A stretch of DNA of 64,000 bases from Thermoproteota archaeon. Lineage in GTDB: Archaea > Asgardarchaeota > Njordarchaeia > Njordarchaeales > Panguiarchaeaceae. Location: positions 80,970 to 144,969 of the forward strand of contig JANJXX010000001.1 in the NCBI GenBank assembly GCA_024720975.1. Direction: 5' to 3'. The notes under the pieces were generated by a model that had not been told where the DNA came from, searched no databases, and worked only from the letters and a program-made list of their open reading frames with translations. Shown piece after piece: positions 17,928-27,391 of this stretch (the first letter of the stretch is position 1; every line of letters starts with the position of its first letter). The position numbers were made by a program, and so were the translations under genes.

Positions 17928-18764
17928 CTACTGGACAGTAACATAGTTTCTAACATAGAAGCTCAGTATTGATGCTGTTAACATAATCAAGCCAAATAGC
18001 TCTAGAAATTTTGCGTAATTTAATTTTCCAGCGAGTTTGATTAGGTATTTCATTGTAATTATTGAGATGAGAAAGCAAATGGTAATGGCTAGAGTTATAT
18101 TCAGCGCAAAAATTTGCCATTGGATCTCTTCAACTAAAACCGAAAACAAAAATGCAAGAATTGATATTGGACCGGCTAGTAGGAAAGTCCCCCTTAAGCT
18201 CTCAGACTTATCAAACTTCCTGTATAGAAAGGATGCTAATGTCACCCCGGATCTTGTCACGCCTGGCAATACAGCAAATCCTTGAAGAACTCCTATGAAT
18301 ATGCTGTCTCTTTTATTAACTTCAGCAAGAAGACGAGTTCCAATATTCTTTTGACCCTTTAATAATGAACCAACTAGTGTCATTAAAGCTCCAATAATAA
18401 TCATAACGAGTATTGAAGCACTTTCTATATGTTCTTCAAATACAATGAAAAGTGTCTTAAGCATCAGATAAAGGGACACTGCTACGATGCCTGAGACCAG
18501 TGTAGTTATGACTATTAGGCGCAGTCTAAAGGTAATAACTCCTTCAGTGACATCCCTCAATGCTTGCAAGTACTCTTTTCGGAAGTACGCTATTGATGCA
18601 AGCGCCGTAGGTAGGTGAAAAATTACGCTGAGTACTAAGGCTTGTGATGGTGAAACACCGAAAGCAAGGAAAATTAGAATAAGGAAGGCCTGACTCGAGA
18701 CCGGTAACCATTCAAGAATTCCTTGAATGACTGCTGCGATAATAAAAATGAGAATTTCATTCAA
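17928..18764 (-). CDS. uppP: Undecaprenyl/dolichyl-diphosphatase (BacA/UppP family)
   Basis: Both signature motifs are present, EWLPVSSQAFL (E-x-LP-[IV]-SS) and LPGVTRSGVTL (PG-x-SRSG-x-T), in a protein with about 8 TM helices. Confidence 0.85.
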   Translation of the reverse strand: MNEILIFIIAAVIQGILEWLPVSSQAFLILIFLAFGVSPSQALVLSVIFHLPTALASIAYFRKEYLQALRDVTEGVITFRLRLIVITTLVSGIVAVSLYLMLKTLFIVFEEHIESASILVMIIIGALMTLVGSLLKGQKNIGTRLLAEVNKRDSIFIGVLQGFAVLPGVTRSGVTLASFLYRKFDKSESLRGTFLLAGPISILAFLFSVLVEEIQWQIFALNITLAITICFLISIITMKYLIKLAGKLNYAKFLELFGLIMLTASILSFYVRNYVTVQ

Positions 18765-19758
18765 CAGGACTTCCCTCTATTATCGCACGCGATAGTACCT
18801 CAATGTAGTCGTAAATGTTGATATCTACCTCAGAGATTTCAGCTGCCACACGCAAAATCGAAGCTGTAGACGTTCTTAGTGTTATTATTGCATCGAGATC
18901 GCTGAGATCACTTAGGATACTAGCGGCTACATTAACAGATACTAGAGGATTTAGGAGCCATACTTGCTCATAGCTAAAGGGACAATCACGCACCCTGTCG
19001 ACTTTTACTGTCAGATTCTTGATGCGCTTAAGCGCCACCTTAATGCGATCTATATTCGCTAAGATTGTTTCACGGATGCTTAAGGGAAGCGTCTCGATTG
19101 GAGCCTCATATGGCTCTAGGAGGGCGACTTCTAGCATATCTGGCATAGCGGGAGTGCCTTTAAATGCTTCAAAAAGATCTGGAAGAAACTCTAGCTGAAT
19201 GTTTTGAATCCCATGCTGAGGAAGGAAGCGATTTTTATACATAGCATATTCGAAGGGAGAAACTACTAGTATTTTGCTAATGCCCTCGCTCAGCCATGTG
19301 TTTATTCTTTGACTAACGTGCGGCCTTAAAAGTTCTGTTCTTCCTAGTAGGTAGATATCGATACCATCAGTTCTCTCACTAATCAGGAAACGCAACTTGT
19401 AGCCGAGCTTGCGCAAAGCATTGCCGAGAGAATTTGCTTCATCTATATAGCGTTTTGTACTATTCAGAATTTCACTCTCAAACTTTTTAATGTTTTCAGA
19501 GAAGTTGAGATATGCCAAGTTGACATTCCTTTCATCCAAATGAAGTTCTTGCCTAATCAGGCTCCTTAAGAATGTCTCAATAAATCCTCCCAACGTAATA
19601 TATGGATCTAAATCCACCAACAAGCTGGGTTCATCATCATTAATAAGACTCTCCCCAAAGTAAACTTGCAGAACTTTTCTATCTATTCCGAAGACGTTGC
19701 CCTTGTTAACTATAGTTTCTGCTAGTGATAGCACCTGTTGGGTCACCATAAAAAACAC
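18757..19758 (-). CDS. Hypothetical protein, translationally linked to uppP
   Basis: 333-aa ORF whose 3' end overlaps the uppP start by 8 nt. No motif recognised. Confidence 0.5.
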   Translation of the reverse strand: MFFMVTQQVLSLAETIVNKGNVFGIDRKVLQVYFGESLINDDEPSLLVDLDPYITLGGFIETFLRSLIRQELHLDERNVNLAYLNFSENIKKFESEILNSTKRYIDEANSLGNALRKLGYKLRFLISERTDGIDIYLLGRTELLRPHVSQRINTWLSEGISKILVVSPFEYAMYKNRFLPQHGIQNIQLEFLPDLFEAFKGTPAMPDMLEVALLEPYEAPIETLPLSIRETILANIDRIKVALKRIKNLTVKVDRVRDCPFSYEQVWLLNPLVSVNVAASILSDLSDLDAIITLRTSTASILRVAAEISEVDINIYDYIEVLSRAIIEGSPVE

Positions 19759-20254
19759 CAGATGCTTAATAAAACATTGATATAATGGAGTATTAATACA
19801 TAACGCTTATGTAACTATTAAAGTGCTATTTAAAGATCCAACATAGCAAACCTCGATATTTCGTTTCGTAAATTTGTTAATAGAGCTTGCAATTTTGGAT
19901 TGTACCGCTAGAGGTAAACTATTTAACGGACGCTGTTAAGAAACTCACGAAACTGAAAAGTTTATTGGAAAGTCATATGACTATAAATGTTTCTTAGCTC
20001 GCCTATTAAAGGCAAACACTAACTCTAAAAGATATAGAACCTAAAGTCACTTACGGGCGGTAGGAGTTGTATGAATGCGCTTCTTAGCAGTATCTAAACT
20101 AACCTACTGCAATCACAAAGAATGCGATCTCGTATTTTCTCGCCACCTTTAAGCTGAACGTTATTAAAGTCCAAGGGGGAGATTTATTAACTATTTTTAA
20201 CAGTTTTTTCGTGAAGTGCTTGCCATTACACTAACAATATATCAGGTGTTATGA

Positions 20255-21334
20255 ATGGGCAAAATCAGAGTTGCTATAGTTGGAATAGGAAATTGTGCAT
20301 CGAGTATAGTTCAGGGAGTTTATTACTATTACAATGCTAGCGAAGATAAAGAAGTCCCCGGATTAATGCATGTTCGATTTGGTCCTTATCATGTTAGCGA
20401 TATAGAATTTGTGGCTGCGTTTGAGGTAGATAGACGGAAGATAGGTAAAGACCTATCTGAGGCTATATTTGCCGGAAATAACTGCGTCCCAAAATTCGCG
20501 GACGTACCAAAGTTAGGAGTAGAGGTTCTTCCCGGACCTATACTCGATGGCGTGGCACCGCATATGAGAGAAGCATTTGCACCATACGATGAAAATGAGA
20601 TTAAGCCGGTAAATGTGGCCGATGTTTTGAAAGAAACTAGAGCTGATATGTTAATCAATTTCCTACCTGTAGGCTCCTATCATGCAACAAGGTACTATGC
20701 AAACGCATGTCTGGAAGCGCGATGCGGTTTCGTTAACTGTATACCTGAATTTATAGCAAGCGATCTTGAATGGGGTAAAAAATTTGAGAAAGCCGGTGTT
20801 CCTGTGGCTGGGGATGATATAAAGTCTCAATTAGGTGCAACAATCCTGCATAGAACTCTTGTACAATTGATGACCGATCGAGGTGTAAAGGTAAAGAAAA
20901 CATATCAACTAAACATCGGTGGAAACACTGATTTTCTGAATATGACAGTTGAAGAAAGGCTCAAGTACAAAAGGATATCCAAAACAGAGGCTGTAACTAG
21001 TATTCTCAACGAAAAAATTCCAACTAGAATTGGACCCAGTGACTACGTAGAATTCCTAGGAGATACTAAAATAGCATACATATACATTGAGGGCGAGAAA
21101 TTTGGAGGTTTCCCCGTCACGATCGAAGCAAAACTAGTGGTTGCAGACTCCCCAAACTCTGCAGGAGTTGTTATTGATGTGATTCGCGCAACCAAAATTG
21201 CTTTAGATAGAGGCATAAGCGGACCATTGATTTCCATATCGGCATACGCATTTAAGCATCCACCTGTTCAGGTTCCAGACCACATCGCGCGCACATGGGT
21301 AGAAGACTTCATAGCAGGTAAACGCGACAGGTGA
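20255..21334 (+). CDS. ino1: myo-Inositol-1-phosphate synthase (archaeal short form)
   Basis: N-terminal NAD-binding IRVAIVGIGNCASS, then GDDIKSQLGAT and NIGGNTDF motifs characteristic of MIPS. The ATG is preceded by GGTGT plus 6 nt. Confidence 0.85.
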   Translation: MGKIRVAIVGIGNCASSIVQGVYYYYNASEDKEVPGLMHVRFGPYHVSDIEFVAAFEVDRRKIGKDLSEAIFAGNNCVPKFADVPKLGVEVLPGPILDGVAPHMREAFAPYDENEIKPVNVADVLKETRADMLINFLPVGSYHATRYYANACLEARCGFVNCIPEFIASDLEWGKKFEKAGVPVAGDDIKSQLGATILHRTLVQLMTDRGVKVKKTYQLNIGGNTDFLNMTVEERLKYKRISKTEAVTSILNEKIPTRIGPSDYVEFLGDTKIAYIYIEGEKFGGFPVTIEAKLVVADSPNSAGVVIDVIRATKIALDRGISGPLISISAYAFKHPPVQVPDHIARTWVEDFIAGKRDR

Positions 21335-21356
21335 GATAACTCTTACGCTACTGAAA

Positions 21357-22763
21357 CTAAACTCTCCAAAAGTCCTCCCAGTATTCCCTTGGGAATAATT
21401 TTCCTGGGTTGAGGATGCCATTTGGGTCAAAAAGTTTCTTCATCTCCCACATTAAGTCTAATTTTTCTTTTCCCGCTTCCACCTTAAATACATCTACTTT
21501 TTCAAGACCAATTCCGTGTTCGCCTGATACTGTTCCGCCAAGCTTTATTGTTTCTATAGATATCTCCTTAGCAGCCTTAAGCACCTTCTCAAATTCGTCC
21601 TTATTCAACGGGTCGTATAATATGTTAGGATGAAGGTTACCATCCCCTGCATGCCCAAATGTTGCTATTATGAGATCATATTTGGCAGCAACTCTTTTAC
21701 AAATATCTACGAGCTCTGGAAGCTTTGATATAGGTACTGTAGGATCTAGGACTAAATACTTGGGCTTTATATTACTCAACGATGGAGCAGCAGCTTTTCT
21801 TGCCATCCAAATCTTTTGATACTCTTCTTCAGTTTTGCTCCAGGTTATATCTATTGCACCCTCATTTCTTAACATATCCAAAATCATGTCCAGTCTTTTC
21901 TCAATATCTTCTTTCACATTACCGGTAAGTTCTATTAGTAGCATAGCATTTCCTTTATATTCAAGTCCACTATAGCGCTTAACTGCTTCTAATGTGTCAC
22001 GATCTAAAAATTCGATGGCCGTAGGATCAAGACCTGTTTTCAGTAGTTTTACCACGAACTCAGCCGCCTCTCTTTCATGACTAAAGTATGCACGAATAAC
22101 AACTGCACGTTTTGGTTTTGCAACTAGCTTAAGAGTTGCTTTGGTTATCACCCCGAGTGTGCCTTCGGAACCTATAAAGAGCCCAGTTAGGTTATAACCC
22201 GCCGCCGCTTTAAATGTCCGTGTTCCGGTCTCAATAATAGATCCTCTTGGTAACACAACTTCTAATGAGAGAACCCACCCATCCCTCATACATCCGTATT
22301 TCACGGCCTTTATCCCTCCAGCATTACCTGCTATTGCCCCGCCAATGGTCGCAGCTGCAGAGCTACCCGGATCTATTGGAAAGATCAGATCGAATTTGTT
22401 TAAATTTATATTCAACTCATCAATTGCTATCCCAGCTTCCACGCGGGCTTGCAGATCCTGTGGGACTACGTCTATGATTCTATTCATTCTGTACATGGAG
22501 ATGACTACAGCATTTTCAATTAAAGGAATGGCTCCCCCGCTAAGGGAGGTTCCACCCCCCCTCACATACGTTGGTATTTTATGCTTTGATGCGTATATCA
22601 AATACTCTCTTATCTGATCCGCGTTTTGGGGAAATACTACAGCTAATGGAATTTCGCCTTTTATTGGTTGTGCATCATACGCATAGTACTCTAAGATCTC
22701 CTTTTCTGTTAATATGTTTGAAGAACCAAAAACGTCGGATAAGAATTTGATTATGTTATCCAA
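21357..22763 (-). CDS. FAD-linked oxidase, GlcD / D-lactate dehydrogenase family
   Basis: 468 aa with an FAD-binding PCMH-type N-terminal half (VRGGGTSLSGGAIP, GSSAAATIGGAIAGNAGG) and C-terminal GTVSGEHGIG. Confidence 0.85.
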   Translation of the reverse strand: MDNIIKFLSDVFGSSNILTEKEILEYYAYDAQPIKGEIPLAVVFPQNADQIREYLIYASKHKIPTYVRGGGTSLSGGAIPLIENAVVISMYRMNRIIDVVPQDLQARVEAGIAIDELNINLNKFDLIFPIDPGSSAAATIGGAIAGNAGGIKAVKYGCMRDGWVLSLEVVLPRGSIIETGTRTFKAAAGYNLTGLFIGSEGTLGVITKATLKLVAKPKRAVVIRAYFSHEREAAEFVVKLLKTGLDPTAIEFLDRDTLEAVKRYSGLEYKGNAMLLIELTGNVKEDIEKRLDMILDMLRNEGAIDITWSKTEEEYQKIWMARKAAAPSLSNIKPKYLVLDPTVPISKLPELVDICKRVAAKYDLIIATFGHAGDGNLHPNILYDPLNKDEFEKVLKAAKEISIETIKLGGTVSGEHGIGLEKVDVFKVEAGKEKLDLMWEMKKLFDPNGILNPGKLFPREYWEDFWRV

Positions 22764-22808
22764 TACAAAGCACCAAGGTCCACTGAAGAAAGTAGTAATG
22801 AAAAGAGA

Positions 22809-23825
22809 CTATATTAACCCGGCATGTATTAAGAGAGACGTTAATGTTGCGAGTAATCCTGAAGATAAGAACATTAAATAGTATAGCACAATTAGCTGCT
22901 TTTCTGTCAATCCACCTTTTATTGTTAACAACCGCGTCAGGTTAAGTGCAGCATTGGGGTCTTTATTTGCCTCCAGGCGCCCATTAATAAACAGCACAGC
23001 CTTCTTCTCCCGCGACAGCCTTGCACGAGGAGCAAATCTAGTACTAAAAACGTACACAAAGCCGTTATATACTGCTGGTAAGAAGCCAATTATAGCCACA
23101 AATTCCGCCCCAGTAAGACCCGTGGCAGCGGAGAGAATTATTATAGCCGAAAGCAGAGAACCGAGCCCATAAGCCCCCACATTAGCATGAAATACTTTCG
23201 CAGGATATCTATTCCAATATAAAAATGCAAGCACATAACCAAGCCCAATTGCTATTAGAATTAGGGGTACTTTAGCACCAACGAGAATTGCAAATAGCAT
23301 CAACGGCAAGAGCACAGCTAAGGCTTGACCTACGAGAACGCCATTGAATATATCTATCATATTGCATGCATCCGCAAATATGCTAAAGAAAGCCAACACT
23401 ACCAATGGATATAACAATGTCATCCTTACGTTTCCTATCATTGGTATGTAGGGTTTAGGTATATATACCTCAAACAAGATTATCGGCAAGCCAGCTAGGG
23501 CAACAAACAACGCTTTTATCAAACCAAGGTCTCGCATATCGTCAATCAAACCTATAGTAAGCCCAATCACAGTTGATAAAACCAGAGCTAAATAAACCTT
23601 CTCGCCCGCTGTAGAAAGGAGCGGCAATGCAAGAACGGGAATAGAATATAGAACTATCCCTCCTAAGTTTGCTACCAGGGGCTTTGGAGTTTTATGTGCA
23701 TCCTCTGCCAGAATCTGCCTTCTCCAGGCTAACTTTATATGAACATACAATAAAAGAAGCGACAGCAAAAATGCCCAAACAAAGCTTATCATTGCGGATA
23801 CTATTACTTCACTTATATACATCAT
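22809..23825 (-). CDS. Glycosyltransferase family 4 polyprenyl-phosphate HexNAc-1-phosphate transferase (AglH/WecA/MraY-like)
   Basis: About 10 TM helices, with GLIDDMRDLG (DD motif) and NMIDIFNGV (N-x-x-D-x-x-N-G) motifs. Confidence 0.8.
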   Translation of the reverse strand: MMYISEVIVSAMISFVWAFLLSLLLLYVHIKLAWRRQILAEDAHKTPKPLVANLGGIVLYSIPVLALPLLSTAGEKVYLALVLSTVIGLTIGLIDDMRDLGLIKALFVALAGLPIILFEVYIPKPYIPMIGNVRMTLLYPLVVLAFFSIFADACNMIDIFNGVLVGQALAVLLPLMLFAILVGAKVPLILIAIGLGYVLAFLYWNRYPAKVFHANVGAYGLGSLLSAIIILSAATGLTGAEFVAIIGFLPAVYNGFVYVFSTRFAPRARLSREKKAVLFINGRLEANKDPNAALNLTRLLTIKGGLTEKQLIVLYYLMFLSSGLLATLTSLLIHAGLI

Positions 23826-23878
23826 GAAGACCCTGTGGGATCAAAAATCTGAGAAACATAATTTTGAGATCATAAGTT

Positions 23879-24232
23879 TCATGATGTTACAGTTTCTATT
23901 TCAATGTCAAAATCTTTCGTTCCAAGAAGATCTGAAAATATTTTCTCCACAAGTTCTGGTGCGCTCTCACCAGTTATCTCCACAGTCTGCTGAACTACAT
24001 CTCCCTGTAGTCCCTCCACGATTGAACTGACTTTAGCCAACTGCTCGTCAGTAAGTTCCCCTTCAATTTTAAGAAGTACTTTGCCTGCCTCGCCAGTGGC
24101 TTCCAAGACAATTTCGATTTTCCCAGTTTTCTTCTCGTAGATACTGCAAAATGATCCTAAGCCCGCCGATAGAACCTCTAGCACCGCATTCTTAATCAAA
24201 GCTTTCCTTGTTTCTGGATCCAAGAGGCTCAC
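23879..24232 (-). CDS. Small acidic hypothetical protein
   Basis: 117-aa ORF in the same orientation as its flanking genes. No motif recognised. Confidence 0.45.
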   Translation of the reverse strand: MSLLDPETRKALIKNAVLEVLSAGLGSFCSIYEKKTGKIEIVLEATGEAGKVLLKIEGELTDEQLAKVSSIVEGLQGDVVQQTVEITGESAPELVEKIFSDLLGTKDFDIEIETVTS

Positions 24233-24276
24233 CTGGCACCATTACAATTTAGTTAAACTTACTTTTAATGTCCTGA

Positions 24277-24591
24277 TTAAACGACTGCTGCTGAGGCGTC
24301 TTGCGCAAGTACCTGGTTGCGCAGTACTTTTATGGTCTCAGTTATTTTTATCTTGGCTGGGCAGCGAACATCACAACTTCCGCAAAGATTGCAGATGAAT
24401 ATTAGGTATTTGAGAAAACTTGGAAGTTCGGTGTTCTTTAGTAGCGCCTCTCGCGAGAGTATTATTACTGATCTGGGAGAGAAGTGATCATAGCGAGTAC
24501 TTCCAATGAACATTGGACAGCCAGATATGCATAGGTTACACTGAGAACATCTTAGCATTTCGCGGAGTAGAGAATCTTTCCGCTTTACCAC
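24277..24591 (-). CDS. Dicluster 4Fe-4S ferredoxin-like protein (HdrC/GlcF N-domain type)
   Basis: Two CxxCxxCxxxCP motifs, CSQCNLCISGCP and CNLCGSCDVRCP, separated by about 45 aa. Its start abuts the stop of the upstream gene (24591/24592). Confidence 0.7.
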   Translation of the reverse strand: MVKRKDSLLREMLRCSQCNLCISGCPMFIGSTRYDHFSPRSVIILSREALLKNTELPSFLKYLIFICNLCGSCDVRCPAKIKITETIKVLRNQVLAQDASAAVV

Positions 24592-25374
24592 TCAATACAC
24601 CAAGCATTCTAGTTCAAAATCAAATTTAAGCGAAGATCTTATCTGCTGCTGCACATTTTTATCCTTGCAAACTATGGACATGAATTTTTTTCGTTCACTT
24701 TCAGAAGATCTGTTGATTATTTCTAGTAAAGGATCTCTAAGTCTATTGACGACCTGATTAAGAAAATCATTGTCTACTTTGCTAAGAGTCCTAAGAAGCC
24801 ATGCTAACTTCACTGAATCGACACCTTGATTTATAAAGGTATCGACCAAGCCATCAAAGATTTGCCAGGCCAATTTTCTGTAGCCAAGTTTAGCTATGTA
24901 GAGTACAACTTGACTTAGATGCGATATTCCCTCGTTCTTGCTTAAGTTGAGGAATACTTTTGAATAGTTCCTTACAAATATTACTCCAAGCTCCTCATTC
25001 ACTCTTGCGATCTCTATTGCCAGTTGTATTACATCATTAAAGTGTCTCTTGATGAGTCTACTACTCAATGGTTCCCTAAATAAATCTATGAACTTCGTAA
25101 AGCACTCGGGACAAATGTAGGCTAGATGTAGTAATAGTAACTTGAGCCTGTTATAACCAGCTTGAAGTATTACATCATTGATTTTACTTGCGAGCTGACT
25201 GGTTAATATATTGAAACCTTCGGCTCCAATTGAGGCCATTTCAAAGATTAATTCTACTTTGCTGCTTACAGGTATTGGTTTACTTAGGATACTGCGAAAC
25301 AAAATCAGGAGTTTGTTTACAGGTAATTCTTTTCGACTCGCTTTATGCAGCGCAATACTTAGCAGGGTATTCAT
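24592..25374 (-). CDS. Alpha-helical repeat protein, function unknown, divergent from the small GTPase gene
   Basis: 260-aa all-helical ORF directly abutting the ferredoxin-like gene. It shares a 98-bp divergent intergenic region with the GTPase gene. Confidence 0.55.
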   Translation of the reverse strand: MNTLLSIALHKASRKELPVNKLLILFRSILSKPIPVSSKVELIFEMASIGAEGFNILTSQLASKINDVILQAGYNRLKLLLLHLAYICPECFTKFIDLFREPLSSRLIKRHFNDVIQLAIEIARVNEELGVIFVRNYSKVFLNLSKNEGISHLSQVVLYIAKLGYRKLAWQIFDGLVDTFINQGVDSVKLAWLLRTLSKVDNDFLNQVVNRLRDPLLEIINRSSESERKKFMSIVCKDKNVQQQIRSSLKFDFELECLVY

Positions 25375-25472
25375 TACAGTGCCCCTTCGGTTTTTGAGTT
25401 AAAGCCTATCAAAAGGCTAACACATGAAGACGTAGTTAATTAAAGACAGCTATTGAAATTTAATTAAAATGT

Positions 25473-26114
25473 TTGAAAACCGTAGGGGGCTCTCCTTTGA
25501 ATAAGATAAAGCATTTTACCTTCAAAGTAGTGGTAATTGGCGATGAAAAAGTAGGCAAAACGACTCTGTGCAAGAACTTCCTTTGGGGAATATCTCAACA
25601 TGAGTACAAAAGCGCGATGGGAGCAGATTTTTATATGTACCCCTGGTATTCCTACCTCGATGAGCTCAAAACGAAATTGCATGTAAGATGGTTACTATTT
25701 GACTTAACTGGTCAATTTTTTGAGTTCCAGACAATTCGACCACTGTTTTATAGAGGTGCGCATGCAGCCATTATTGTCTTCGATATCTCAAGACCAGAAA
25801 CATTCAAATCTATCCCAGTGTGGATATATGAATTTTGGCGAGACTCTTCTCCAGGTGCTGTTGAAAAAAGGCCATTTATAATTGCTGGCAACAAGGCTGA
25901 TCTACGGGGGACGGTAGAGAATTGCCTACCTCGAGAACTTGCGGAGGATTATGTTAAACGAGTAGCAAAGGGTTTGAATTTCGAGCCTGCCTATGTTGAA
26001 GTATCAGTTTTGCATGGCTGGAACACTGAAGACTTACTCAAAAAGCTTCTGATAGCTATATTAAAGTATTATGGATACACAGATATGCTATTGAAGACCA
26101 GCGGGGAGAAGTAA
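25473..26114 (+). CDS. Ras-superfamily (Rab/Ras-like) small GTPase
   Basis: G1 GDEKVGKTTL, G3 DLTGQ, G4 NKAD and a G5-like EVSVL are present in canonical order and spacing. The switch I region reads YKSAMGADF against the Rab pattern Y-x-S-T-I-G-x-D-F. An alternative in-frame TTG start at 25497 gives MNKIKHFTFKVVVIGD. Confidence 0.8.
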   Translation: MKTVGGSPLNKIKHFTFKVVVIGDEKVGKTTLCKNFLWGISQHEYKSAMGADFYMYPWYSYLDELKTKLHVRWLLFDLTGQFFEFQTIRPLFYRGAHAAIIVFDISRPETFKSIPVWIYEFWRDSSPGAVEKRPFIIAGNKADLRGTVENCLPRELAEDYVKRVAKGLNFEPAYVEVSVLHGWNTEDLLKKLLIAILKYYGYTDMLLKTSGEK

Positions 26115-27388
26115 TGACTAAAGTTTCTATTCCATACGGAAGCCAAGTAATTCAGTTAGAAATCCCAGATGATAATTTTCTAATGAATGCCATACCGAAA
26201 GAAATTCCTGGAATACCAAATCCCTCAATCGAACTCGAGAAATCCCTCGAGAAACCGATAAAAACCCGGCCTCTCCGAGAGTTAGCAAAAGGAAAAAGAA
26301 AAGTTGTCATCGTTGTTGACGATGCAACTAGGCCTCTTCCCTCTCACCTCTTACTCCCAACGATTCTCAATGAATTACAAAACGCAGGGGTTCGCCAAGA
26401 TGGCATTACAATACTCTTTGCAACTGGGCTCCATAGACCTGTTACTGAGGAGGAGGCAAAACGCTTACTTGGTGAGGACATAGCTGAAAGGTATAGGTGG
26501 TTAAGCCATAACGCTGATGCTGAGGATTTAGTATACTATGGAGAGACAAAGAGAGGAACACCCATATATATTAATCGATTGTATGCTGAAGCTGATCTGA
26601 GGATACTTGTGGGAGATGTTACATTACATTATTATGCTGGATTCGGCGGCGGTGGGAAATCCATTTTGCCAGGGATATCTGGTCGTGAGACAATAATTAG
26701 AAATCATTCAATGTTGTTCCAACCAAATGCAAGACCGGGAATATGCGAAGGAAATCCTGTTTGTGAAGATATCTCTGAAGCAGCTAAGAAAGTTGGGGCG
26801 GATTTTGTTATTAATGTCGTCCTAAATACGCGTAAGGAGATTGTTAGGATTTTTGCTGGTGAATTGGAAGATGTCTTCAAAAAAGGCATAGAACTTGTTA
26901 GACGCATGTACATTGTCGATGTACCACAAAAAGCCGACATTACAATAGTCAGTCCCGGAGGGCATCCATTCGACATAAATCTCTATCAATCGCATAAGGG
27001 ACTTTTCTTTGCCGAACAAGCTACGAGGGACAATGGATCAATTATTTTGCTTGCAGCTTGCCCAGAGGGTGCTGGTAATAAATTGTTCGAGGATAGTATG
27101 CGAGCAACTAAGAACCTAGCTCCTGATGCTGCCATGAAGATGCTAATGGATGAGCTCTGCAGAAGCTTTTCTGTGGGGATACATAAGGCTTATTATTTGA
27201 TAAGAGCTACGAGCAGGTATAGCATTTTCATAAAGACTGAGATGGATTCGAGGGAGATCTCTGAGATATATAGAATGACCCCTATTAGCGACCCACAGGC
27301 AACTTTAGATGAACTACTTCGAAGAAACCCAGAGGCGAAAGTACTGGTATTGCCGTATGGAAATGAAACGTTGCCTATAGTTAAGTGA
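26114..27388 (+). CDS. larA: LarA-family nickel-pincer-nucleotide-dependent 2-hydroxyacid racemase/epimerase
   Basis: 424 aa and collinear with remembered L. plantarum LarA. The equivalents of the catalytic and cofactor residues are present (ATGLHRP, LHYYAGFGGGGKSILPG, RNHS). The ATG overlaps the GTPase stop (TAATG). Confidence 0.8.
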   Translation: MTKVSIPYGSQVIQLEIPDDNFLMNAIPKEIPGIPNPSIELEKSLEKPIKTRPLRELAKGKRKVVIVVDDATRPLPSHLLLPTILNELQNAGVRQDGITILFATGLHRPVTEEEAKRLLGEDIAERYRWLSHNADAEDLVYYGETKRGTPIYINRLYAEADLRILVGDVTLHYYAGFGGGGKSILPGISGRETIIRNHSMLFQPNARPGICEGNPVCEDISEAAKKVGADFVINVVLNTRKEIVRIFAGELEDVFKKGIELVRRMYIVDVPQKADITIVSPGGHPFDINLYQSHKGLFFAEQATRDNGSIILLAACPEGAGNKLFEDSMRATKNLAPDAAMKMLMDELCRSFSVGIHKAYYLIRATSRYSIFIKTEMDSREISEIYRMTPISDPQATLDELLRRNPEAKVLVLPYGNETLPIVK

Positions 27389-27391
27389 TTT

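Noticed and set aside
25464-25682. 72-aa minus-strand ORF overlapping the GTPase 5' end.
   Set aside because: It overlaps a gene with unambiguous G1-G3 motifs on the other strand, and it has no SD or motif.
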